A DNA stretch of 64,000 nucleotides from Candidatus Peregrinibacteria bacterium GW2011_GWF2_43_17. GTDB lineage: Bacteria; Patescibacteriota; Gracilibacteria; UBA1369; UBA12470. The position numbers and the translations under genes are program-made. The notes beneath the pieces were generated by a model. It was given only the letters and a program-made list of their open reading frames with translations. It was not told the DNA's origin and made no database searches. Below are positions 30,126-39,081 of the stretch, one piece after another. The stretch is taken from contig LCFW01000003.1 of assembly GCA_000999315.1 (NCBI GenBank), positions 20,686-84,685 of the forward strand, read 5' to 3'. Position 1 is the first letter of the stretch. The number at the start of each line of letters is the position of its first letter.

Positions 30126-30677
30126 ATGTCAAAGAAACCATTCAATAAAGGGAGAGGGCCTCAAGAACCAAAAGAGTTTGAAGAAGAAGTGATAGAAATA
30201 GACAGGGTTACTCGCGTAGTTAAAGGCGGACGCAGAATGCGATTTCGAGCAACAGTGGTAATAGGCAATAAAAAAGGAAAAGTCGGCATGGGCATCGGCA
30301 AAGCTACCGAAGTTCAAGCCGCAATCAAGAAAGCGGTCTCGAAAGCGAAGAAAAACATGAAAAAGATCAATCTTTTCAGAGATTCGATCCCTCACAAAGT
30401 ACAAGCGAAATTCAAGAGCGCGAAAATCCTCCTGATACCCGCAGGCAAAGGCACAGGTATCATCGCCGGAGGAGCAACGAGAAAAGTTGCGGAGTTGGTA
30501 GGCATCAAAAACATCCTCAGCAAATCTTTCGGATCGAGCAATAAAATCAACTGCGTAAAAGCCACATTCAAAGCTTTGTTAAATTTAAGAGAGAAACAAG
30601 ATGTCTCCACAGCACCCAAACAACCGATACCACCGGCACCGACTACAAAAAAAACGCCACAAGAAGATAAAAAATAA
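30126..30677 (+). CDS. rpsE: 30S ribosomal protein S5
   Basis: IDRVTRVVKGGRRMRFRATVVIGNKKGKVGMGIGKA, with a P/T/K-rich C-terminal extension. Confidence 0.96.
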   Translation: MSKKPFNKGRGPQEPKEFEEEVIEIDRVTRVVKGGRRMRFRATVVIGNKKGKVGMGIGKATEVQAAIKKAVSKAKKNMKKINLFRDSIPHKVQAKFKSAKILLIPAGKGTGIIAGGATRKVAELVGIKNILSKSFGSSNKINCVKATFKALLNLREKQDVSTAPKQPIPPAPTTKKTPQEDKK

Positions 30678-30700
30678 ATTTTTTCACAACAACACACACC

Positions 30701-31228
30701 ATGAGACTTCATCAACTTAAAGGTCCGGCAAAAAACAAAGTTAAAAGACGAAAAGGACGCGGAAACGGTTCGGGTCGCGGCACATTTTCGGGCAGAGGTT
30801 GCAAAGGTCAAAAAGCCAGATCGGGCGGAGGAGTAAGACCGGGTTTTGAAGGAGGCCAAACCCCTTTTATGAGAAAAATGCCTAAACTGAAAGGGTTTAA
30901 GTCGCCAAACAAAGTCAGATATCAAGTATTAAACGTACGTCAATTAAACATATTGAAAGACGGCACAAAGGTAACAAAAGCGGAACTTTTAAAACACGGA
31001 CTTATTGCGAGCGCCGATAAACCGGTAAAGATTTTGAGCCAGGGAGAACTGACAAAAAAACTGACATTGATCGTTGAAAACGTGTCGGCCGAAGCTTTAA
31101 AAAAGATTAAAAACGCCGGCGGCAAAGTAAAATCCCTCGGCAATCCGAGAAAAACGAGAAAGAAAAAAATCTTGAAAAGAACAGCGAAAAAGAAAGCCGC
31201 GAAAACCGCCAAAAAAGCAAAAAAATAA
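30701..31228 (+). CDS. rplO: 50S ribosomal protein L15
   Basis: RKGRGNGSGRGTFSGRGCKGQKARSG, with a long Lys-rich tail. Confidence 0.95.
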   Translation: MRLHQLKGPAKNKVKRRKGRGNGSGRGTFSGRGCKGQKARSGGGVRPGFEGGQTPFMRKMPKLKGFKSPNKVRYQVLNVRQLNILKDGTKVTKAELLKHGLIASADKPVKILSQGELTKKLTLIVENVSAEALKKIKNAGGKVKSLGNPRKTRKKKILKRTAKKKAAKTAKKAKK

Positions 31229-31237
31229 TCTAAAAAG

Positions 31238-32530
31238 ATGTTTAAATATCTAAGCCAAATTTGGCAGGCAAAAGACCTCCGAAATAAGATCCTGTTCACA
31301 TTGGGAATGGTTCTTGTATTCAGAATATTGGCGCACATTACAATCCCGGGAGTAAATACGGCGGCTTTACAATCTGCATTTGACCAAAACAGTATCCTTG
31401 GAGCATTCAGCCTTCTAACAGGAGGAAGTGCCGAAAACTTTTCTGTGGTACTAATGGGATTATCCCCTTATATCAATGCCGTAATCATAGTGCAATTATT
31501 GACAGTTATTATTCCAAAACTGGAAACTTTATCAAAAGAAGGAGAACAAGGACGTCAGAAAATCACAAGCTATACGAGGTGGCTAAGCTTCCCGCTCGCA
31601 TTCATACAATCTTACGGAATGATCCTCCTCATCAATTCACAATCGTCAACGCCAATAATAGACAATATGTCCGATCCTTCGGTGATTCTCCCGATAATGC
31701 TAACCGTAACGGCGGGTACGATAATACTTATGTGGATTGGCGAATTAATAACGGAAAAAGGCATATCAAACGGCGTCTCGGTACTGATCTTCGCGGGAAT
31801 CATCGCGGGATTACCATCGATTGCGGCTAAAGTTTTCGCTCTCGCGTCTCAAGACACTTCAAAACTTATTCCTTTCACGGGCGGCATTCTGATCACAATC
31901 ATCCTTACGGTTGTAATCATAATGATTACCGAAGGACAAAGAAGAATACCGGTTACATACGCGGGCAGATCGCAATCAATAAAAGGAGAACAAGCTTCTT
32001 TGCCGATAAGAATCAATCAAGCCGGAATGATACCGATTATCTTTGCGGTTTCGATAGTATCTTTTCCGGGCGTTATCGCTCAATTTATGGCAAACGGAGA
32101 ATCCGCATGGGTAATTTCCGCAGGCACATGGATGCAAACAAACTTCGCCGCCGGGACATTGCTGTATATGACTTTGTATTTCTTTTTGATCATAGCTTTC
32201 ACTTATTTCTATGTTTCTGTCACTTTCAACCCGGATCAAGTCGCTGAAAATATTCAAAAAAGAGGCGGGTTTATCCCGGGAATCAGACCCGGCAAGCAAA
32301 CCGCGGAATACTTGAAAGTGGTTTCAAATCGTTTAAATCTTTTCGGAGGATTATTTATAGCCGTAATCGCGGTAATGCCAATATTGCTACAAAAAGCGAC
32401 ATCCGGCACAGGCAGCATTCCAATGTTGATCAGCGGCGCGGGAATGATCATCGTTGTAGGCGTCGTACTTGACTTGATTCGTCAAATCAACGCCCAGCTC
32501 ATGATGCACAATTACGAGAAATTCTATTAG
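31238..32530 (+). CDS. secY: preprotein translocase subunit SecY
   Basis: 430-aa, 10-TM protein with FTLGMVLVFRILAHITIPGV and GELITEKGISNG motifs. It sits in the canonical spc position. Confidence 0.97.
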   Translation: MFKYLSQIWQAKDLRNKILFTLGMVLVFRILAHITIPGVNTAALQSAFDQNSILGAFSLLTGGSAENFSVVLMGLSPYINAVIIVQLLTVIIPKLETLSKEGEQGRQKITSYTRWLSFPLAFIQSYGMILLINSQSSTPIIDNMSDPSVILPIMLTVTAGTIILMWIGELITEKGISNGVSVLIFAGIIAGLPSIAAKVFALASQDTSKLIPFTGGILITIILTVVIIMITEGQRRIPVTYAGRSQSIKGEQASLPIRINQAGMIPIIFAVSIVSFPGVIAQFMANGESAWVISAGTWMQTNFAAGTLLYMTLYFFLIIAFTYFYVSVTFNPDQVAENIQKRGGFIPGIRPGKQTAEYLKVVSNRLNLFGGLFIAVIAVMPILLQKATSGTGSIPMLISGAGMIIVVGVVLDLIRQINAQLMMHNYEKFY

Positions 32531-32572
32531 GATACCGTGCCTATGAGTCTATCTACCATTTAACTACCCTAT

Positions 32573-33208
32573 ATGGATCTCGTACTATTCGGTATGCAAG
32601 GCTCCGGCAAAGGAACTCAAGGCAATCTCATTGCGAAGAGGCATAATTTGAAAACTTTTGAAACAGGTGCGGAATTAAGAAAATTGGCGCAAGAAGACTC
32701 CCCTCTCGGCAAGAAAATAAAATCCATAATCGAAGCCGGCCGACTTGTTGATAATGAAGTCGTAATGGAGATTATAGAAAATTTTATGAAATCGATTGGC
32801 AAAAATGACATCGTTTTATTTGACGGACTTCCGAGAAAAATGGAACAAGCCGAAACTTTTGACACTCTTATGAAAAAATTCGGACGAGAATTCATGGGCA
32901 TACTTATCGAAATTTCGGAAAAAGTCGCGATGAAAAGACTGACAACCAGAAGAATTTGCAAAAAATGCAAAGAAGTTTATCCAGCGACATACAAAGAAAA
33001 CACCTGCGCAAAATGCAACAGCGAACTTATAACCAGAAATGACGACAATGTTGAAGCTATTATCATAAGATTGCAAGCTTATCGCAACGAAACTTTACCT
33101 GTAATTCAAAAATACGAACGCGAAGGCAAAATGATAAAAATCAACGGCGAACAAGCAATCGAAAACGTGGACAAGGATCTGGAAATAGCTTTGAAACATG
33201 TACTATGA
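32573..33208 (+). CDS. adk: adenylate kinase (zinc-lid type)
   Basis: P-loop GMQGSGKGTQ and lid CKKC...CAKC. Confidence 0.95.
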   Translation: MDLVLFGMQGSGKGTQGNLIAKRHNLKTFETGAELRKLAQEDSPLGKKIKSIIEAGRLVDNEVVMEIIENFMKSIGKNDIVLFDGLPRKMEQAETFDTLMKKFGREFMGILIEISEKVAMKRLTTRRICKKCKEVYPATYKENTCAKCNSELITRNDDNVEAIIIRLQAYRNETLPVIQKYEREGKMIKINGEQAIENVDKDLEIALKHVL

Positions 33209-33963
33209 GCCTGCCCTCTATTAAAACTCAGCAAGAAATCGAGTCCATGCGCAAAGGAGGAAAAATCCTTGGCAATCTTTTACAAACTTTGAAAACGGCG
33301 GCAAAACCGGGCGTAACAACCGAGCAATTGGACCAGCTCACGATAAAAATATGCTCCGAGAAAGGAGTTATTCCCACATTTTTAGGTTATAAAGGTTATC
33401 CGGCAACCATTTGCACTTCGGTAAACGACGAAGTTGTCCACGCAATACCGAACTCAAGATTATTGAAAACCGGCGACCTCTTAAGCATAGACTGCGGAAT
33501 CACGTTTGAAGGAATGGTTACGGATGCGGCGGTATCTCTAATCATAGGCAACGCCGACAACAAACTCGCACAAAAACTCATCCAAGCGGCAGAAAACGCA
33601 CTTTTTGCAGGTATAAATCAAATTAAACCGGGTAACAACATCGGAGATATCGGTTTCGCAATTCAAGAAGTGGTACACAAAGCGGGATTTCACATTATAA
33701 AAGAACTCACGGGACACGGCGTAGGAAAACATCTGCACGAAGAACCAATCATCAACAATTTTGGCAGTAAGGGCTCCGGACCCGCCATAAAACCCGGCAT
33801 GACTTTCGCCATAGAGCCGATTATCGCCGCCGGATCAAGGTTCATACAAACTTTGGATGATGACTGGACGATAGTAACAAAAGACGGATCCTTGGCTGTC
33901 CAAGTAGAACATACCATCCTTGTAACACCTCGAGGCAACGAAATACTTACGTTGTCAAGCTAA
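33205..33963 (+). CDS. map: type I methionine aminopeptidase
   Basis: 252 aa with metal-ligand context DCGITFEGMVTDAA, GHGVGKHLHE and FAIEP. The start overlaps the adk stop. Confidence 0.95.
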   Translation: MSLPSIKTQQEIESMRKGGKILGNLLQTLKTAAKPGVTTEQLDQLTIKICSEKGVIPTFLGYKGYPATICTSVNDEVVHAIPNSRLLKTGDLLSIDCGITFEGMVTDAAVSLIIGNADNKLAQKLIQAAENALFAGINQIKPGNNIGDIGFAIQEVVHKAGFHIIKELTGHGVGKHLHEEPIINNFGSKGSGPAIKPGMTFAIEPIIAAGSRFIQTLDDDWTIVTKDGSLAVQVEHTILVTPRGNEILTLSS

Positions 33964-34073
33964 TTGGAGAAAGCAGTGAAAAAGGCTTGCAATAGGCGTT
34001 TTATTACTATAAAATTCAAGGGCTTTTTGTATCAATGCACCCGTCAACAGGTTAAAACACTTAAATTTAAAGG

Positions 34074-34304
34074 ATGAGTGGAGACACAATCCAAGTTGAA
34101 GGAGTTGTATTAAGTTGTTTACCTAGCACCACGTTCGAAGTAAAAATAGACGATCCGTCCTATCCCGCCGGTCACACCATAAGGGCTCACTTATCCGGAA
34201 AAATGAGGAAAAATTTCATACGCATCCTTCCTGGAGATAAAGTAACGGTTGAGTTGACACCATACGACCTTACAAAAGGCAGAATTACATTCAGACACAA
34301 GTAA
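34074..34304 (+). CDS. infA: translation initiation factor IF-1
   Basis: 76 aa with an S1-like fold. Sequence reads [18 protein letters not shown]...[22 protein letters not shown]. Confidence 0.95.
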   Translation: MSGDTIQVEGVVLSCLPSTTFEVKIDDPSYPAGHTIRAHLSGKMRKNFIRILPGDKVTVELTPYDLTKGRITFRHK

Positions 34305-34322
34305 GAATAACGAATAATAAAC

Positions 34323-34436
34323 ATGAAAGTACGACCATCGGTAAAAAAAATATGCGACAAGTGCAGATTGATTAAGAGGAAAAATATCGTTCGAGTAATT
34401 TGTAAAAACCCGAAACATAAGCAACGACAAGGCTAA
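34323..34436 (+). CDS. rpmJ: 50S ribosomal protein L36
   Basis: Not in the ORF track (37 aa). Manual translation gives [37 protein letters not shown], with ATG at 34323 and TAA at 34434-34436. Confidence 0.93.
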   Translation: MKVRPSVKKICDKCRLIKRKNIVRVICKNPKHKQRQG

Positions 34437-34457
34437 CAATTAATTAAAATTTCCAAT

Positions 34458-34838
34458 ATGGCGCGAATTTGCGGCATCAACTTGCCAAATGAAAAAAGAA
34501 TAGAAGTCGGCCTAACCTACATTTACGGGATAGGCAGGAAATCAAGTGCGAAAATATTGAACGATCTGAATATAAACAAGAACATCAAAGTCAAAGACCT
34601 TTCCGAAGCCGATTTGAACAAGCTTCGCGAAAAAATAGACAAAATACCGACTGAAGGAGATTTAAGAAGAAAAGTTTCTTTGGATATCAAAAGATTACAA
34701 GACGTCGGTTCATACAAAGGCTATAGGCATAAAAGAAAACTGCCGGTAAGAGGTCAACGAACCAAGACAAACGCAAGAACGAAACGAGGCAAGAAGGTAA
34801 CGATGGGAAGCGGACGAAGAAAGGAAACAAAGACATAG
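34458..34838 (+). CDS. rpsM: 30S ribosomal protein S13
   Basis: MARICGINLPNEKRIEVGLTYIYGIG. Confidence 0.97.
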   Translation: MARICGINLPNEKRIEVGLTYIYGIGRKSSAKILNDLNINKNIKVKDLSEADLNKLREKIDKIPTEGDLRRKVSLDIKRLQDVGSYKGYRHKRKLPVRGQRTKTNARTKRGKKVTMGSGRRKETKT

Positions 34839-34886
34839 GATAGTCCGTAAACTTAGCACTCAAATCTCTAATCTCTAAACTCCCCC

Positions 34887-35261
34887 ATGGCAACCAGCAC
34901 CAAAAAAAGACGAAGTATACAAACGGGCAAAGTATATATTTACGCCAGTTACAACAACACTATCGTAACGATTACCGACGAAAAAGGAGACGCATTGGCT
35001 TGGAGTAGCTCGGGAGCCAGCGGATTTAAAGGAACCAAAAAATCAACTCCTTACGCGGCGCAAGTTGCGGCGGAAAACGCAGTAACAAAGGCCAAAGTTT
35101 ACGGAATAGAAAAAGCGGACGTTTACATAAAAGGCGTCGGCGCGGGAAGAGAACAATCCATAAGAGCTTTAATAGCAAACGGAATCGAAGTGGGCGCGAT
35201 TTACGACCAAACTCCGGTCCCACACAACGGATGCAAGAGACCGAGACCAAGAAAAGTATAA
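34887..35261 (+). CDS. rpsK: 30S ribosomal protein S11
   Basis: [40 protein letters not shown]. Confidence 0.97.
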   Translation: MATSTKKRRSIQTGKVYIYASYNNTIVTITDEKGDALAWSSSGASGFKGTKKSTPYAAQVAAENAVTKAKVYGIEKADVYIKGVGAGREQSIRALIANGIEVGAIYDQTPVPHNGCKRPRPRKV

Positions 35262-35285
35262 TTTTAAATTAACTAATACCCAAAA

Positions 35286-35912
35286 ATGTCACGATACACG
35301 GGAGCAAAATGCAGACTTTGCAGGAGAGAAGGAGAGAAGCTTTTTTTGAGAGGCTCAAGATGCGAAGGACAAAAATGCGCAATCACGAGAAGAAACTATA
35401 AACCCGGTCAAGTTGCCAAAAACACTTTCGGGAAAATAACAGAATACGCAAAACAGCTCCGAGCGAAACAAAAAGCGCGCAGAATTTACGGAATCAGCGA
35501 AAAACAATTCTCGATTTATTGTACCGAGGCCATGAAGAAAAAAGAGGAAACGGGTATGGCCCTTTTGAAATCGCTTGAAACCAGATTGGACAACGCCATG
35601 TACAGAAGCGGATTCGCGGAGTCGAGAAATCAAGCAAGGCAATTCGTCAATCATGGTGTCGTAAAATTAAACGGGAAAAGAGTTGATATCCCATCCATAC
35701 ATTTGAAAATCGGCGACACTTTTGAAGTCAGGGAAAAATTGAAAACAAGTCCGATATTCGAAAAAGTAAAAGCCAATAAGAAATTTAAAAGTTCGAAATG
35801 GTTGAAAGCGGATAGTCAAACCTTGAAATGCGAAGTGATAAATATGCCGGATAAAGACGATGTCGAAGCGTCAATCGAAACTCAATTGGTAATTGAGTTC
35901 TACTCAAAATAA
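35286..35912 (+). CDS. rpsD: 30S ribosomal protein S4
   Basis: MSRYTGAKCRLCRREGEKLFLRGSRC zinc-type N-terminus and an S4 RNA-binding domain. Confidence 0.96.
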   Translation: MSRYTGAKCRLCRREGEKLFLRGSRCEGQKCAITRRNYKPGQVAKNTFGKITEYAKQLRAKQKARRIYGISEKQFSIYCTEAMKKKEETGMALLKSLETRLDNAMYRSGFAESRNQARQFVNHGVVKLNGKRVDIPSIHLKIGDTFEVREKLKTSPIFEKVKANKKFKSSKWLKADSQTLKCEVINMPDKDDVEASIETQLVIEFYSK

Positions 35913-35958
35913 AAATTCTCCGTATCTTTTTAAAATTCCATAACCTTATCTTCTTAAC

Positions 35959-36936
35959 ATGCACATCATCCAAGAAGAAATCGGGCTCCCGAAAATCGTA
36001 ATCGATAAAAAGGGGAAGCACCACGCAGTTATAACCATAAGCCCGTTACCATCAGGTTATGGCATCACGCTGGGCAACGCTCTACGTAGAGTTATGTTGT
36101 CTTCTTTGCCGGGCGCCGCGGTATCCGGAGTGAAAATCAAGGGTATATCACACGAATATACGACAATAAAAGGCGTCAAGGAAAGCATCTTGGATATCCT
36201 TCTTAACTTGAAACAACTTAATGTCAGAAAAGAGAGCAAAGAAAAATCGATATTAAACCTAACCGTAAGCAAAACGGGGGAAGTTACGGCAAAAGATATC
36301 AAAACGGCAAGTGACGTCGAAATACTCAACAAGGATCTGTACATAACGACAATAGACCGCGGCGGAAAATTGGAAATGGAAATTTATGTTGAAAAAGGAG
36401 TCGGATTCAAGCCGTCCACATTGGAGAAAAAAGAAGGGCAAGATACCGCCATCATCGAAATAGATCAGGTATTCACACCTATCGAGAAAATTAAATACGA
36501 CATCGAAGCTGTCCGCGTAGGTAAAATGACGAACCTGGATAAGTTGATAATGGAAATCGAAACAAACGGCTCAATCGAACCTGAAGAAGCTATTAAATTC
36601 GCGGCCAACGTACTCAAATCGTATTTCGGTATTTTCGATAAATCGGACAAACCGGTTGAAGCCGAATTTATGAGTGATTTTGATCAAATCGCCAAAAAGA
36701 GCGCCGAGGATGAAGCGAAGAAACCGCAACAAGAAATGTACACACCGATTGAGATTTTGGGACTGTCTCCAAGGACATTAAACGCCCTTATCAACGGTGG
36801 CATCGGATCGATCGAACAACTGACAAAATGCACCGAATCGAAACTCAACAACCTGAGAGGCTTCGGCAAAAAAGCACTTACGGAAGTCGAAAACGCACTC
36901 AAAGAACGCGGTCTCGGCTTAACAAAAGATGAATAA
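35959..36936 (+). CDS. rpoA: DNA-directed RNA polymerase subunit alpha
   Basis: 325 aa with PLPSGYGITLGNALRRVMLSSLPGAAV and a C-terminal HhH domain (LSPRTLNALINGGI). Confidence 0.97.
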   Translation: MHIIQEEIGLPKIVIDKKGKHHAVITISPLPSGYGITLGNALRRVMLSSLPGAAVSGVKIKGISHEYTTIKGVKESILDILLNLKQLNVRKESKEKSILNLTVSKTGEVTAKDIKTASDVEILNKDLYITTIDRGGKLEMEIYVEKGVGFKPSTLEKKEGQDTAIIEIDQVFTPIEKIKYDIEAVRVGKMTNLDKLIMEIETNGSIEPEEAIKFAANVLKSYFGIFDKSDKPVEAEFMSDFDQIAKKSAEDEAKKPQQEMYTPIEILGLSPRTLNALINGGIGSIEQLTKCTESKLNNLRGFGKKALTEVENALKERGLGLTKDE

Positions 36937-36972
36937 ATCTCACTCTAATCTCTAAACTCGAATCTAAATCAC

Positions 36973-37326
36973 ATGCGTCATCAGAACAAAAAAAACAAGG
37001 TATCGCTTCCATCGGGAAGAAGGGAGGCAGTAATTAAAGGCCTGGCTGAATCGTTGATAATTTACGAAAAAATCGAAACAACGGAAGGAAGAGCAAAGGC
37101 TTTGAAAACATTTATGGACAAGTTAATCAATATGGCAAAGAAAGAAAGTAAAATGAACGCCATAAGAGAGGTTAGCAAGTACATAAACGACAAAAACGCA
37201 TCCAAGAAACTTTTTGAAGTGATCGTTAAGAAGTGTGAAGGCAAGGCATCGGGCTACACGAGAGTTGTAAAAACGGGAAGACGAGCGGGAGATTCAGCAC
37301 ATATGGCATTAATCGAAATTATTTAA
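36973..37326 (+). CDS. rplQ: 50S ribosomal protein L17
   Basis: MRHQNKKNKVSLPSGRREAVIKGLAESLIIYEKIETTEGRAK. Confidence 0.95.
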   Translation: MRHQNKKNKVSLPSGRREAVIKGLAESLIIYEKIETTEGRAKALKTFMDKLINMAKKESKMNAIREVSKYINDKNASKKLFEVIVKKCEGKASGYTRVVKTGRRAGDSAHMALIEII

Positions 37327-37327
37327 A

Positions 37328-37768
37328 ATGAAGAAAAAAACTTACTCACCGAAACTACCGGAAATGAACAAGGCCAGAAAATGGTATCTTGTAGATGCTG
37401 AAGACAGAATCCTTGGCGATCTGGCTTCCAAAATAGCCGTTATCTTAAGGGGCAAAAACAAACCGGTGTTTTCGCCACATATAGATTGCGGAGATTATGT
37501 CGTGGTCATCAACGCCGGAAAAATAAAATTGTCGGGCAACAAGCTGGACAAAAAAACTTATTTCAAACACACGGGCTACATGGGTCACTTCAAAGTTACC
37601 ACGGCCCGAGAAATGCTTGAAACTAAGCCTGAAAAAGTCCTAACGGACGCGGTAACCGGCATGGTCCCAAACAACAGATTGAGAAAGCACGTAATGGACA
37701 AGCTGATGGTATACGCCGGAAAAGAACACAAACATTCCGCACAAAATCCGGAATCGTTAAAAATATAA
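37328..37768 (+). CDS. rplM: 50S ribosomal protein L13
   Basis: RKWYLVDAEDRILGDLASKIAVILRGKNKPVFSPH. Confidence 0.96.
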   Translation: MKKKTYSPKLPEMNKARKWYLVDAEDRILGDLASKIAVILRGKNKPVFSPHIDCGDYVVVINAGKIKLSGNKLDKKTYFKHTGYMGHFKVTTAREMLETKPEKVLTDAVTGMVPNNRLRKHVMDKLMVYAGKEHKHSAQNPESLKI

Positions 37769-37781
37769 CCTTAATTAACTA

Positions 37782-38192
37782 ATGGAGACCAAGAAAAAAA
37801 CCAGCGGCAAACATCATTACGCATGCGGTAAAAGAAAAACATCCATCGCAAGAGTAAAGTTATACAAAGGAACAGGCAAAATCACGATAAACGACAAAGA
37901 CGCCAAGGAATACATAACCATCAAAGAGCTAATTCACGTTATTAAATCACCGCTCAAACTCACCAAGAAAGAGAACGAATTCGACATATCCGTACAAGTG
38001 GAAGGCGGCGGTCCGTGTAGCCAAGCGGATGCCATCAGGCATGGCATCGCAAAAGCATTGTCGGGTTACGACATCGAACTTAGACTCCCTCTTAAAAAAG
38101 CCGGCCATATAACCAGAGATTCGAGAATAAAGGAAAGAAAAAAACCGGGCTTGCGCAGAGCACGAAGATCTCCGCAATGGTCGAAGAGATAA
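37782..38192 (+). CDS. rpsI: 30S ribosomal protein S9
   Basis: GKRKTSIARVKL..GGGPCSQADAIRHGIAKAL..RKKPGLRRARRSPQWSKR. Confidence 0.96.
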   Translation: METKKKTSGKHHYACGKRKTSIARVKLYKGTGKITINDKDAKEYITIKELIHVIKSPLKLTKKENEFDISVQVEGGGPCSQADAIRHGIAKALSGYDIELRLPLKKAGHITRDSRIKERKKPGLRRARRSPQWSKR

Positions 38193-38194
38193 CA

Positions 38195-38290
38195 GCGCAA
38201 GGAAGCCTGCCTGTCGGCAGACAGGAATGCAATCTCCTAATACTTTCCAGTATCACTTCGTCGTCGTTCCTTGAACTGCTATAATATCTG
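38195..38290 (-). repeat. structured intergenic element B (copy of the core found in element C)
   Basis: 38238-38279 is the reverse complement of 50054-50095 with one mismatch in 42 nt. CAAGGAA (38198-38204) pairs with TTCCTTG (38267-73). There is also the hairpin CCTGTC-GGCA-GACAGG (38210-38225). Confidence 0.6.
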
Positions 38291-38361
38291 CGATATTCCA
38301 ATTCGGAACCAATAGTGTGCATAGACCCTAGTCTACCTGGTCTATTAGTCTACCCCCCTAT

Positions 38362-38389
38362 ATACTACGTACCGTGTACTACGGACTAT
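38362..38389 (+). repeat. tandem heptamer array (ATACTAC GTACCGT GTACTAC GGACTAT)
   Basis: Four degenerate 7-nt units ending 6 nt before the trmD ATG at 38396. Confidence 0.55.
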
Positions 38390-38395
38390 CCGCCC

Positions 38396-39049
38396 ATGCG
38401 TTTCGACATCCTTACAATCTTCCCTCAGTTCATAGAAGAAAACCCCTATTTCAAATACTCGATAATAGGTAGAGCAATAAATAAGAAATTTATAAAAGTA
38501 AAAGCTCACGATATCCGAAAATATTCGAAAGATAAGCACAAAAAAGTGGACGATATACCTTATGGGGGCGGTGCGGGCATGGTAATGACATGCCAACCGA
38601 TTTTTGACGCGATAAAAGCGATAAAAAAGCAAAATAAAGGTCCGGTAATCTTTCTAACCCCTCATGGCGAGAAGCTAACACACGAAAAAGCTCAAAAACT
38701 CGCAAAAAAGAAAGGGGTAATACTGCTTTGCGGCAGATACGAAGGAGTAGACCAAAGAGTCCGCGACAAGCTCATAGACGAAGAAATTTCGATAGGAGAT
38801 TATGTACTGACGGGCGGTGAACTGCCGGCAATGATCGTTGTTGATACGATCACTCGCCTACTGCCGGGCGTTTTACACGATGATAATTCGGCACTTGAAG
38901 ACTCTTTCACGGAAAAACTCGAAGGCAAAAAAGAGTATCCGCATTACACCAGGCCCGAAGTTTATAAAAAAATGAAAGCGCCAAAAATTCTATTAAGCGG
39001 CAACCATGCGGAAATAGAAAAGTGGAGAAAAGCGCACTTGAAGGTATAA
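38396..39049 (+). CDS. trmD: tRNA (guanine37-N1)-methyltransferase
   Basis: MRFDILTIFPQF... is the conserved TrmD N-terminus. GRYEGVDQRV and GDYVLTGGELPA motifs are present. The track start at 38315 is an unlikely extension across the repeat region. Confidence 0.94.
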   Translation: MRFDILTIFPQFIEENPYFKYSIIGRAINKKFIKVKAHDIRKYSKDKHKKVDDIPYGGGAGMVMTCQPIFDAIKAIKKQNKGPVIFLTPHGEKLTHEKAQKLAKKKGVILLCGRYEGVDQRVRDKLIDEEISIGDYVLTGGELPAMIVVDTITRLLPGVLHDDNSALEDSFTEKLEGKKEYPHYTRPEVYKKMKAPKILLSGNHAEIEKWRKAHLKV

Positions 39050-39081
39050 TTCTTCCCGGAAAACACAAAAATACAAGCAAA

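Noticed and set aside
34850-34859. Additional CIRCE operators upstream of rpsK, at 22326-22332 and at 57090-57098
   Set aside because: Only one arm (TTAGCAC[TA]) is present, with no inverted partner at N9. These are recorded as a recurring word, not as operators.
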